From positions 31,372,001 to 31,436,000 of the forward strand of contig NW_026889751.1 of assembly GCF_033153115.1 (NCBI RefSeq): a stretch of 64,000 nucleotides of DNA, given 5' to 3'. The notes under the pieces were generated by a model, which was not told where the DNA came from, searched no databases, and worked only from the letters and a program-made list of their open reading frames with translations. Origin of the DNA: Saccostrea echinata. Lineage: Eukaryota. A program made the translations under genes and the position numbers. This document shows positions 40,035 through 52,504 of the stretch, piece by piece (within the stretch, counting starts at the first letter, position 1; each line of letters opens with the position of its first letter).

Positions 40035-40966
40035 TATCAGGAAATATTACCCTGAAGCAAAGAAAATACATTCAGCTAAATAACGGTAGATTAAATGTTG
40101 GATTTTTCAGAACAAAAATCTTGTTGTTTTGCAATATAAACTTCTATGTTGCATACCAGATAAGAAATCTGTCCGAAGACACTAACATAAGTAAATGTGA
40201 TTTTTTTTTTATATAAAAGGTTAGATTTAGATGGTATATTATAGATTTTTAATTATAATGTTTTGTAAATGTGTCATAGAAAATATTTTATTTAAAAAGT
40301 TGAAGAACTCATGGGGTACTGAAGAGAAGGGGGTACGTCTCCAAACACCTGTGTGCGTGTCAAGTCTGTTATTTAAAAAAAAACCTTCAGTTACTCTACA
40401 ATGAAACGGGAAGGAGGGGGGGGGGGCAGTGTAATAATAATTGTTACAGATAACAGTAAGAGGTGTCCACGACAATATATGCAGACGCGCAGAATGCACG
40501 AGGCCAGCAGGTTCCGCTACCCATTACTTTTTTATGAGTATGGTCTATTCAGTATTGCTATAGTTTGATACAGCTTGTGCCCCAATTGTTGTTGCTGTAA
40601 GGTCGAGTATTGGCAAATTTTATATGAATTTATCAAAAAGTAAGAGTAATGTCCAATTCCCCCTACACACCCCACTAGATATTGATTGAATTTTTGACTT
40701 TTGAGACTGTTTTTCCCTTGTCAGATATTTTGGGAGGTCCCCCCCAGTCGTCGCTGACATTAAGGAGATCGACGATATTTAACACAACAGGAGCCTTAAA
40801 AGACCCTGTTTGACTTTGCAAACCGAAAGATGAATAATACAGATACAGCAATATGGAGTATTCCGGCTGTTTAACTTACAAATAATAGATACTGATTGTG
40901 AAAATGTATAAAAAGAATACGAAGAAAAATTTTACATTATATCAGTTTTCAAATATAAGTTTTAAC

Positions 40967-41020
40967 ATTTACCTTGTTTCAGTAATGGCGGCCGTATGTT
41001 CTGTAATCAGGTGACACACA
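40967..41020 (-). other. Probable non-coding first exon and splice donor of the TRIM-like gene; paralogous copy at ~22562-22620
   Basis: Minus strand CGCCATTACTGAAACAAG|GTAAAT; the homologue at 22562-22584 reads CGCCATTACTGAAAAAG|GTAAAT. Confidence 0.55.
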
Positions 41021-42346
41021 GGTATATCTTGCTTATCTATATGGTATAGTATTTATTTATCTTCATATAGAAGCTAAGGACATTTAGATATCTCCAGACT
41101 TTGTGCTCTACTGTCACACACTGTTAACCTGTTTACAGTTCAGCAACTTCACACTCTATTGAAGAGTATCTATAGAATGATGCTCCAATCGCTATTTGAT
41201 TTGGTCAACCTAAAAAAATGAAGAAAAAAATCATTAGCAATATACAACCTTGACATTCTTCGTTTGCAAATAATTGATAGAATGAAATAAAATAGGGAGG
41301 TTGTTCCAAACGTAACGTCACAACGCTAAATCTTTAATAATCCGACGTTTTCAACAATATTTGGAATGTTAATATCCCTTTCTATTGTTATTTTTGCCTA
41401 ACAATTTCATATCATTACGTAAGATACTTCTTTATAATAATAAGATAAACACAACCTTGGGTTCGTCTATCGTCCGGCACCGCAAGAATGGTACCGATAG
41501 CGTAATGACGTTACTTTTTGGCACTCATTTTCAGTTCAACCGCACATCTTTATGCCTTTCATGTGCTCTAATGCGCTTTTTCCAAATCTTTAATGCCATT
41601 TTGCTATAAATCGTCTTTGTTTTGATTTGCAGTATTATAATTAGTTGAATATTGTCCATATATATTTTCTAAATTTATTTATTTTTGAGTAAATGGTATG
41701 TATCATCAGATTCAAACGGGATATTAAATCCTTGTCGTGCTGAGAAAGACAAAATCCAACGCTGTGCTTATTCTTATATAATTCAATTTTAGTTGTGACA
41801 CGTCATTTGATCGGATAAAAGATTTCGTTTATATCGTTAAACATAAGTTACCTTCGTCACAATGAGTTACGTCAAAAACGCGTATTACTCGGCTTGACGT
41901 TACTTTTAAAATAGGCTCAATTTGAACCATTTTTGGAGGAAAAACTGTCTTATTTTGTACCTTGAAATTAAATTATAAGGAATGAAGCTTATTATAACCT
42001 ATGTTGTACGATATAACATAACTTGGGACAGATTACACTTTTTTTATAAACCGCTTCGCGGTTTATAAAGCGTTAACTGGATTTTTAACAGTTGTGATCA
42101 ATTTTATATCAACCCTCGATCGTAGTTTTCCTCCCTAGTGTAAGTCTGACTTTGTCAATAGAATATGTTTAATAAAAATCTATCTTAGTTGAAACTAGAT
42201 GTGCCCTGAGCGCTGAGCTCAAAAATGACCCTCCCCCCTTGCTCACATATGAGTATGATAGTAAAGTGATAATTTTGCTACAGAAACCCCAAATATATGT
42301 CCACTCAGAACAATATACCGGAGTGTACATGCTATGGTACTATGTA

Positions 42347-44040
42347 AACAAGAGGCTCATGGGCCACATCGCTCACCTGTGCACACTGGCTAGGAAGAAG
42401 CAGGAATCAGTTCAGTATGTTGAAAAGTTTTAAGGGGGGACAAACTTAAATTTACACTACCTCAATATGCTTCACTATCATTATCACTAATCATGGCTTT
42501 GCTGTTCTTAAACAGAAGAATTTTAAAGATTTTTTTCCTATGTATTCCTATGTTAAACTCTGATTGCTCATTGTGGCCCCACCCTACCCACCGTAAATTT
42601 GAACAAATTTGAATCTATCTACCTGAGGATGCTCCTATAATAATATGACTATAATCATGACTTTGCTGTTCTTGAGCAGCAGACTTTTTTTCAAGATGAT
42701 TCCCATATATTCTTTTATGCAAAACTTTAACCCTCTGTTGTGCCCCAACCCTTGGGGGTTCATGATTTGAACAAACTTGATTCTACAATACCTAAGGTTG
42801 CTTCTATATAAATATGACTAATAATGTCTTAGTTGTTCTTGAGAAGAAGATTTCAAATATATTTTCAACGTAACGTGTATGATCAGGTTCTTACAAGGGA
42901 TATATAGGTTTTCCTTTTCTTCTGTCTGAGTTAATGATTGGAATGATTATTAAGACACCTACAATATGTCTGAGGGTATATTAAATTGTACTAAAATTTT
43001 CTCTTATCTAGAGATGGGGACTGGGTAAGGTACTTCTTGCACCGTGTTTCTCCACTAGATTCCCAGTGATAGTTAAGAACGAGTTTTCTCAATCTTCTTC
43101 AGATTTATTACGCCCAGAACTTAAGTACTTACCAAAGATTATATTGAGGTCTATGGAGCATTTTTTTAAAAAAATAAAAATTCAAATAATAAGAATATCA
43201 ATAAATACTGTAGTGAAAAAATGCACTAAATAATACACATTAGAAATAGAATGACAATTGAAAATGATTGTTTTTACCAGGAAGATTTTTAAAATTGATT
43301 TTTTTCTTATTAATTAAAAACAGAGGAAGATAACTCATACCAAAATTCAAGGTAATAAATTAGGACACATCCCACCCTTAACTTTACTTCTGTATTGCTG
43401 ATTCATCATCCAACTTCTTCTGCTACCTTTTGAATGCTTGGCTTTCCCAAACCTTTGCATTATATACCCTTAGACTAGTCCATTCCAAGAGTTGTCAGGT
43501 CATTCCACTATTAGAAGTCTTCAATGCGTTTTATTCCAATGCCCCTTAACCATGACACCTATATATTTATATGTAAACCTTGTCCACTGTTGTGGCCCTG
43601 CCCTACCCCCAGGAGTTATGATTTGAACAAACTTGAATCTACACTACCTGAGGATACTTCTGATTTAATATGTCTAATACTGACCTAGCTGTTCTTTAGA
43701 ATAAGATTTTTAAAGATATTTCCTATATATTCCTATTGTAAACTTTGACCCCCTCCCCCGTTGTTGCCCTGCCCTACCCTCAGGTGTCATGATCCGAGCA
43801 AACCTGATTCTACGCTATCTGAGGATACTTCTATATTAATATGTCTAATAATGGCTAGCTGTTCTTGAGAAAAAGATTTTTAAAGTTATTTCTTATATAT
43901 TCCTATGGTAAACTTTGACCCCCCTGTTGTGGCCTCGCCCTACCCCCAGGGGTCATGGTTGGAACAAACTTGAATCTACACTACCTGAGGATACTTCTGT
44001 AATAATATGACTCCACTATCCAAGCTAGGGTATAAAAAAT
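42347..44040. repeat. HINE/Helentron element with ~170-bp satellite units, interrupted at ~42870-43560
   Basis: aacaagaggctcatgggccacatcgctcacctg start; repeated tgtggcccc.ccctacccc...catgatttgaacaaacttgaatctacactacctgaggat; ends gggtataaaaaa. Confidence 0.75.
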
Positions 44041-44359
44041 CAAAAATATATAACAATAGATATATTGATTGCTGATCTTTATTATCCTCTCTCAACGGAA
44101 ATGAAGGGGATAAAGTAACGCCCTTGTGTTTGTGTCTGTGTGTGAGTGTGTGTTAGTGGATGTGTTAGTGTGTGTGTTAGTTTGTCCTTGTGCGAAACAG
44201 AATTGAAGTGACGTAATTTGAATTAGAATCGATGTAGAATGCTGTATTGATTTATAGATATGCTATTTGTGAGGGGATGCTTCACTTTGCGGTACCCTTG
44301 TTAATTCTAAGTTTTGACAAGGCTAAAAATTTTGCAGAAAAGTACATTTTTTTCATATA

Positions 44360-45322
44360 CGAGGGGTGATCAAAAAGTTCGCGAACTATCTCTATATTTA
44401 CAAAACCACAATTCAGATCAGAATGAAATTTGGCACACATATAGTCATGCACATGTTCTATAAATAACAGATGTTAAATAATGTTTTTTCTCCGTGTTTG
44501 TGACGTCACAATGTGAAAATGACGTCAATATATAGGTCACTTGTGACAAAAAATGGTTGACTCAGTCGTACTCGAGCAACGAACGGCTGTAAAGTTTAAC
44601 GTATATCTTGGAAATTCTTTTGCAGTAGAAGATGATAAGTTGTACAAGGTTTATGAAGACAAAAGACTTACCAGACGTTCAATCATTAATTGGATGGGTT
44701 GTTTTAGTGAAGGCAGGGAGATGGTTAAAAATGATGTTTGTTCTGTTGCCCAGCGAGAGCAAGCCGGGGAAAAGATGTGTCCTTAGCTGAGCAATTTGTT
44801 GTGAAACATCGTCAAGTTACAATTAGAAAAATGGTTGAATATCTTAACAATACTATAATCAGTAAATCCCTAGAATATCGTTTACTTTAGACTTTAAACA
44901 TATGAGATATGATAAAAAGAATGCGCCCATACTTTATCCACATTGGATAAACGACGCTCCCGAGACAGAGAACTCGGGTTGTGATGGGTCACCATACTAA
45001 TTGTGGGAAGGGATATCCTTATCCACCCATCCTATTGCCGAGATTTGGCTATTTCTGACAGATGGACTGTTCTTGTTATAAAAAATTACTTGAGTGGTAA
45101 GAAATATAAGACTCGGAAAAATCTCTTAGCTTCTTTGAACAGACTGCTACGGAGCATGTCACGTGACTGCCTGGATCACGTGATTCGCGCATGGGCAGAA
45201 CAATGGAAGATGTGCATTTAAATTGGAGAGGACTACTTTAAAAATAATAAACACTGAAACCTCATTTTATGTCTTTTAAGGAAGTTATTCAATTAGTTCG
45301 CGAACTTTTTGATCACCCCTCG
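44360..45322 (+). mobile_element. Internally deleted mariner element
   Basis: Perfect TIR CGAGGGGTGATCAAAAAGTTCGCGAACTA; TA TSD; transposase relics EQRTAVKF and HPSYCRDLAISD (YSPDLAPSD-like). Confidence 0.93.
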
Positions 45323-45759
45323 TAGTATGCTCATAATTGACAATATTTCGTAGTTTTCGATCAGAAATTTTTACAGACATGATAATGCAAAATTACAATA
45401 TTTCTTAGTTTTACTTATGATATCTGATATCATTTCTCTTTTTTAAGTTTAAGAGGTCGACACTCTATTGGTATTTGAAAATACTACAGGAAAGACCCAA
45501 AGTTTGAATACAAATATAGTGTGCCCCACTTGTGAAGGAAGAGTTTCAGCTTTATACAGCATTATCAATGGGATTAAGCTATTATGTCTATTTCCCCTAT
45601 ATTGTTTATATACTTGGAACACTTCGGACACAAATTCTCTCAATTCACAAATATTTCGTTAACTTGTTTGTTGTTGCAATTCCATTGTCAAATTACAGTC
45701 TAGCTGCGAAAGTCATATTGTACCTACCCAGCAGCCCTGACTCTAGTTCCTCCATAGTA

Positions 45760-47010
45760 ATGAAAAAGGTGAAGATAACGAATACCGATCTATCTCTTAA
45801 AACCTATACAATTAAACAATATAATTCTGTAAACAGGGCACAAGCAAGGACTCTCAGAATTTTTAGAGGTTGGATCAGGTGCCTAGGAGGAGTAAGCATC
45901 CCCTGTTGGTCGCTCACAACCGCTGTGAGTTCTATGTATTGATCAAGTAAACAAAACATTTCGTAGTCAAATTTAGTATAAAAACAAAGACTTAATACAA
46001 TGCTCTGAAAAAAGTCAGCCAAACTACGAGCCAGCAAGGGGGTATCTTTGCTAATAACGTAAATACAAGAACCATTGAAAAGAACTGAACAACACGTATG
46101 ACGTAGCCCAAAAAGCATTCCCCGATAAATCCGACATACGTGTGTATAAATGAAAATGAACGGAATAATATGTAGTGTTTAACAGATTAGAAATGAACGA
46201 ATGAAATGTGACGATGTTTAAACATAATAATGATGCTCAAAAGTCAATCGAAACAGTACAAATTGTGAGCAGAACAAATTGAATATGCGATGGGTTCAAA
46301 GTCAGGACCTCGTTCTGTATGCGATATTCGCTTACATAAAATCATCAATGAAATTTGAAACAAGATTATTAAACGTGCGATGAGGTATAAAAAATTATTG
46401 AAATACCGGCACATTCTAAGAAATAAAAGGATCGCAATACAATCCTCCCTGAATAACCCATTGTGTCATTAAACACAATAAGAATCTGAGTGATATGCTC
46501 TCCTCTTAACTAATTTAATAATCTGTAAAACAGATGTGCAAATAGACTCCTGATGATGTCGGATTTGCAGCTAGTTAATAAACTATCAAAATCATAAATA
46601 TGTATCACACCGCCGAAACACTAGATTAGTGTCGCGTCAAGTGATTTGATGTACGTGGCTGATGGGAGTCACTTTCTTTGAAACTGAAACTAATGATGCT
46701 CAAAAGTCAATCGAAACAGTACAAATTGTGAGCAGAACAAAAATGGACCTTAAGAATAAACATCACGCTCGCCGTGTGTGCTTTGTCATGATCGGATAAA
46801 CGGAGAAATCCAATTCAATTTACTGTTACAACAATTGCCTAAAAATTATATGAAAGAGATCAGTCAGCATTCGACCTGACGACAGATTATATTTGCAAAC
46901 AAAATTATTGCATGGTCCATAGAATTTGCAAAATGTTGACGTTAAAGGAAATTTAAGTAAATACCCTTGATTCATCAACTTATTTGTCAACAGTCTATGT
47001 TCAACCTGAA
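45760..47010 (-). mobile_element. 3' end of a Naiad/Penelope-like element (RT C-terminus and 3' region)
   Basis: RLLTNKLMNQGY...FCKFYG...KYNLSSGRMLTDLFH at 46850-47000; 3' motif CAGGGGATGCTTACTCCTCCTAGGCACCTGATCC at 45872-45905. Confidence 0.7.
46228..46741. repeat. 51-bp exact direct repeat (46228-46278 and 46691-46741)
   Basis: taatgatgctcaaaagtcaatcgaaacagtacaaattgtgagcagaacaaa occurs twice. Confidence 0.9.
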
Positions 47011-47712
47011 TCTCCGAAGACACCTAAATTCATTTTTTATGAAGTGTTAAATCAAATTCTTTTTTACTTGTATCAACAAACTTGTAATTTATTTAGAATG
47101 GGTTGGGAAACCTCTACTTATCCTAATCATTTTTTTTTACTTTCACTTCCGATCGCATACAGAATACTAATACACAAAATTAATCTAGCTAATCTACAAT
47201 GTATGCTCTTTTAGTTCTGTTACATTTCACGTTCATACCTTCAGCTGTTCTAAGGGTAGGCAAATTTCAGAAATTGATCATAACTTGGAACAACTGCAAG
47301 TGAATTTTCCTTTTTTTTTTCTTATCAAGTTAATTTCATTGTACACTATATCTAAAAATTTCTTTGTAAACCATTTTAAAAATAGTTTTTGAGAAATCGC
47401 GTGCATGAAATTTGTGCCTAAAAAATAAAAATGACAGACTCACTATAAGGTCTTCTATGAAGACGGAATACCTTACTAAACAGAATGATTCAATAATTTC
47501 CAAACAGCCTTCGTAGTGAATACATTTCCAGGTTTCACAAAATATTTAATAACATTTGTTCTCTTTTCAAAACAAGTTCTCCCATTAGTTATAATCATTG
47601 TAAGTATATTTTCCGCATTTATTTCTACATTTTCCAGCCTTACATTTCCTGCAAAAGTTTACATTTAAAGAGAGCTTAAATTTTTACTATGTGTACTGTA
47701 ATTTTACTTAAG

Positions 47713-48365
47713 GGTGAGCTGGAACTTTTGATGATGGATGAAGATAAAGACAAAGGAAAGTATTTCAATCGGCACATAGTCGATCATAAAGGAATTAAAC
47801 AAAAAGAAGATATAAATAAACAGGGGGATTTTCAGGTATTTTAATTTATGATTATAGTTTTTGTTTTCTAATTCAGTTTTCTAAATGCGTTTTGTTTATA
47901 GTTCTGGATATTCTTCATTTTTATACTTTTGTTTAAATAAAATTCAGGGAAATTAATTTCAGAAATATTTCAATTATTAACTAAAACATGTACTTACTGA
48001 ATCAATTTTAGATATTTTTCAGAGGTTATTAAACAATTTCAAGTAGATTTTATTTTATTCATATTTTCAGATAAATGTGAAGAATGACAGGTTTATCGCC
48101 ATTTTTGATTCCCTGTATAACATTGATCCATCAGCTCCAGAATTAAAAAAGAATTAATCAATGGATGCAATAATTAGAAGAGAAACTGAAGCGAAGGATA
48201 TCAGGAAAAACCCAGAAAACTGTCAGCGGACAAAAACGGAAAACAGAGAGTGACAATACAAACACTGGGCATTAGCTAAATCTGGGAAGCTTGATTCAGA
48301 GAGTATCTATCTTTATTCATTCTTAAACACAGATTTTCATAGCAAGAAAATGAAGAAAAATATGA
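47713..48365 (+). pseudogene. ESF1: ESF1 last two exons (47713-47835 and 48071-~48365), disrupted
   Basis: ag|GELELLMMDEDKDKGKYFN...GDFQ|gt, then intron, then ag|INVKNDRFIAIFDSLYNIDPSAPELKKN*. Canonical in-phase splice sites; premature stop. Confidence 0.82.
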
Positions 48366-49218
48366 GGGAGAAATTGTTAAAGAATTTAATTAATGTTTTA
48401 AAACAACTGATAACAATTAATGAAATAAAAGAAATTATATAAATGTATATTTATTTATAAAAATCAAAAGGTTGTGCAGACAGCATTAAAGTCGGTTAAG
48501 TTAGAGTGGTCACATTCCTTAATTAAAAAAGCCGAATAAATATTTAGCTTCGTTAGTTAGTTAACCAAATGAATTGTTTTCTGGCCAATATGTTGTGAAT
48601 CTTTTTGTATATTGTTCATGTTGTTATACATTTAAAAATTGTTTCTATATAAATCTATACTTTGAAAAGTCTTACATTTCCAATGTTTTACTGAGCGGTC
48701 CAAAAAAATCTATGTTTGACCGTAAAGTTAGATATTGGGCCTCTCCGCGGCTAGGATAAGGCTATCCGATAAATATCACAGTGTACCAGCCGTTGTCACT
48801 TCTCTGAACTATCAAGATATGACGTCATAATAGAATATGACGTCAAGTCACTGCAAACTTGAGCAGTCATGTCGGGGAAAGTGTCATAACTTTCACATTC
48901 CTTCCCATAGCATTTGTATTTTATTTCGACGTTGATGTTTAAATCAGGTGTCTGGTTATTGGTTAAAGTTTCTTTGTGCTGTTATGACGGTGATTATTTG
49001 CAATACAATATAGTTATTCCTTTCTCTTTCTGATAATGTACGTATTCAAACAATTTCAAAAAATGAATAAGACACGCTCCCCCTTACACGTCCTTAGACA
49101 GAGTTAGAATTTATTAATCATGCAAATATTAGACTGGCACAAGTTATTTATAAAGATAAACTGAAGATGTTTTATGTGAATCTACTAGAGAAGTGTGTCT
49201 TCTAACTGAATTTTGCTG

Positions 49219-49251
<33 letters not shown>

Positions 49252-49653
49252 TAATTTATCCTATTTTGGATGAATTGCGATGAAGAGTGGAAAATGTCCC
49301 CTTGTATGTGGGTAAATTGAATTTCTCGTGAAATATTTTCTTATGAGGTAAAAATCAGACTTGCCCCCAGCACTTTACATGTACCCAACAATACGTTTAA
49401 TTGACTTATGTAACGAACTGTTCTCAATAATTTTGTTTTTCACTTGTGCCGATGGGATTTTTGTGCAACAATTAGGAAAATTTATAAGTGTCCGTCACGT
49501 GATCAACACAGTCATGTGACATCACAAATTTGCTTTTTCACAAAACCTTATCAAACTGTCTTCACAAATTTACTGCACATGTATACATAGATAAAAAATT
49601 GAAATCAAAATCTAGCTCAAAATATAACAGCCAATTTCTAATGCATATTAAGT

Positions 49654-50770
49654 AGTGGTCCCGGTAAGAATCATGCAAAAGGTGGCACATTGATAATCTT
49701 GGATTTTAATGAAACTTTCCACAAATCTTCATAATGATGACATATGAAGTCATGCAGAGTAAAAAAAGTGTGTAACAACGGTTGCTATGGAAAACGATAT
49801 CTTTATGTTTCCATAGCAACCACCTGTGTATAGTGATTTGTAAAATAACAAAACCCTACTTTTTAAAAATGCTATAAAAATGAAAATAACAAATTTTAGA
49901 ACATAACAACAATTTATTTAGGAGAGGCAAAGGTAAGCTAAAAATAAAAGTATACAATAATAATAAAATACAGCTTTATGGTGGTTGTAGAGGATATTGG
50001 AACTGGTACTGTTTCAATGTTTATCTATTATCTGTAAATTTGCCAATTTTGTTGTATTTCAAATACATATAAATATATTTATCGGAAATGTTGCAAATTC
50101 TGTTGCATATATTATAAACATTTATTAGAAGGTGTACTCAAAACAAAAAACAAAAGAGTCGGAAACACACACAGTAATGGTTGCTAGGCAACTCTTTCTG
50201 GCCCATTTCTAACACATTCAGACAAGAACATGTGCAATATATGCACTGAAATGCAAATATCTATTTAAAAAAATATGCATTAATCATGTTTAACAATAAT
50301 CTATTAATAATTTGGATCTCATGAATATATAAGGCTTGACTATATCACCATAGCAACCAACTTTCCATAGCAACGCATATAAAATTTCAAGTTGTATGAT
50401 TAATTGTACTGAAATGAAAATATAATGTAAATATACAACCAAATAATTTTCCACTGATATTAATTCCTCAAAGAAGACATCATTTCAAGTTTAGCCATTT
50501 CACCATAGCAACTAGTTTTCCCTGGCAACACTTAAAATATAGGTTGTACAATTCAACCATAATGAGAATATAATACAAAAATAAAACTATATATGATGCA
50601 AAAATAACACCATATACATGTATATTGACTTTTCAGACAATTTCGACACATCAACTGGTTTAATCATGTCTCCATAGCAACCAATTTTCCTTAGCAACAT
50701 GCCTAGATTTCAATTTGTATAATACAACTGCCCTGAAATGAGAGTATAATGAAATACTATAACCATATAA
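49654..50770. mobile_element. DNA-transposon-like fragment with iterated CCATAGCAAC motifs and ~160-bp tandem units
   Basis: Begins tagtggtcccggtaagaatc; about ten cc(a/t)(t/c)(a/g)gcaac or gttgcta motifs, paired at ~50350, ~50505 and ~50672. Confidence 0.5.
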
Positions 50771-52300
50771 TCGGATTTATTAGTCAGCCCGCGGGCTGAC
50801 TAGTTATCTTACGAAGAACTTCAAATGCGCTTGCGTGCTTTGGAATTCTGGGTAGTCTAGGTCACCTACACTCTTACCGCATCGTTTGAGTTGGGGATCA
50901 AACGACTTGCATGACCACCTGGGAAGAGATTTTTGAGTAATTCACTCCTGTTAATTTCGTTTCAGTAAAATCAATATTGGTTAAACTATGAAATCCCCAT
51001 TTTAACACCACATACCGGTAATCTGTTATTTGAACTTAAAACAGGAAGGCCTTTGATTTATTTTTTTTAAAAATCTTCCTATATTGAAGCTTAGTACTGT
51101 CTTGCAGTTTCAAGCTTTGTAAATTGGTTCTCATGAAACGTGTGTTCTGCGCAGCGAAATATTAAATTGCATAAATTCATTTAATGCAGTGTTTGGTGTG
51201 TCATTTAAAACTGTTTTGTAAAGTATATCTTCAAATTATTTTACACGTGTATATAAGCAAATCAGCAATATAAATATTGGTTTATTCCAGATTTTGAAGC
51301 CGTTTATTTTTTTTTTCTTGTTTTACTTTCGTTTTGAATAAAGCATTTCGATCCCGATGTCAATTACCGAGTTGCCCAATAAGATTTGTAAAGGTATGCA
51401 GCGGATAGACTTGGTAGACAGAGCTGACTTCGCTTTTTTATTTTGCATGGGATCTCCAATATGTTCACCTGTTTATCATTTAATTAGAGCATTTAATTTA
51501 TGGAAATTTAGGTTTTGGGTTGTTTATTTTGTTTCAATTCTACTTTATTTCAAATCAAATGAAGTTAGGTTCAATTTTGAAAGTCAGCATACTAAAATAT
51601 AAAATATAACACAAAGTTAAGACTAAAAGAAGGCCCCTTTTTCAGCAAATATTTATTTTCATTTTCTAATAATTTCAATAAGGACGTTAAGTATGTCTGT
51701 CAAGGAATCGCGGGGATAAAAATGTCTCTTCCATTACCTAAATGCAGTTGCCGAGAGTGATTCAACCGAGACAATATCTAGCAGAGAGCATCTTGCAAGC
51801 TGGTCGGGAATTGCTGACGTGAAAACTTCATCGCTCCTGGAGTTTTTAAGTTTGTTGGATAATACGTTGTATTTGATTATATTCCTCGAGTTCTTTGTTG
51901 TTAATTATTGTGTTTTTGAAATCTATTAAGGACAGGTGATACAAATTTTTATCAAAAATCATGAAAATAACAAACAATCGTATCTTCTTGGGTCTCTCGG
52001 CAAAAACACCTCGAATGTATTAACATCAGCGGATGAAAAATAATATACAAAATGGAGTCGCTTCCTATTTATTAAAGTATTCGATAGACCAAGTTGAAAG
52101 TCCCGTCTTTGGTATATTTCATTTTATATTTTTACATTCAATAAAGTTTAACTCTATACTGATAACGGATCAATCTACATTTATTTCAAAGTTCATGAAA
52201 AGGGGTTTATCATGGACGCCTAGGTAGCACATTCGAGGTTATTTTTCCGCTTGTCTGAAAGGCCTGAGAATTGGCGCTTGAACTAAAGTCATCTTTTTAG

Positions 52301-52504
52301 TCTGTGCAATTTTTTTTCACTTAAAATCACTTTATTGTGAAACGGAGAATGAAAAATAAAAATCTATGAGGTCAAAATTATTTATTTTACTTATGTAAAA
52401 ACTTTTTACATAAGTAAAATAAATAATTTTGACATCATAGATTTTTATTTTTCATTCTCCGTTTCACAATAAAGTGATTTTAAGTGAAAAAAAAATTGCA
52501 CAGA
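52301..52504. repeat. Near-perfect 204-bp palindrome with a 1-nt spacer
   Basis: Arms of ~101 bp centred on C52402; one substitution and one homopolymer-length difference. Confidence 0.95.

Noticed and set aside
50781-50802. 22-bp perfect palindrome tagtcagcccgcgggctgacta as a terminator or operator
   Set aside because: More simply a terminal hairpin of a Helentron/Helitron-type repeat. No supporting gene context.
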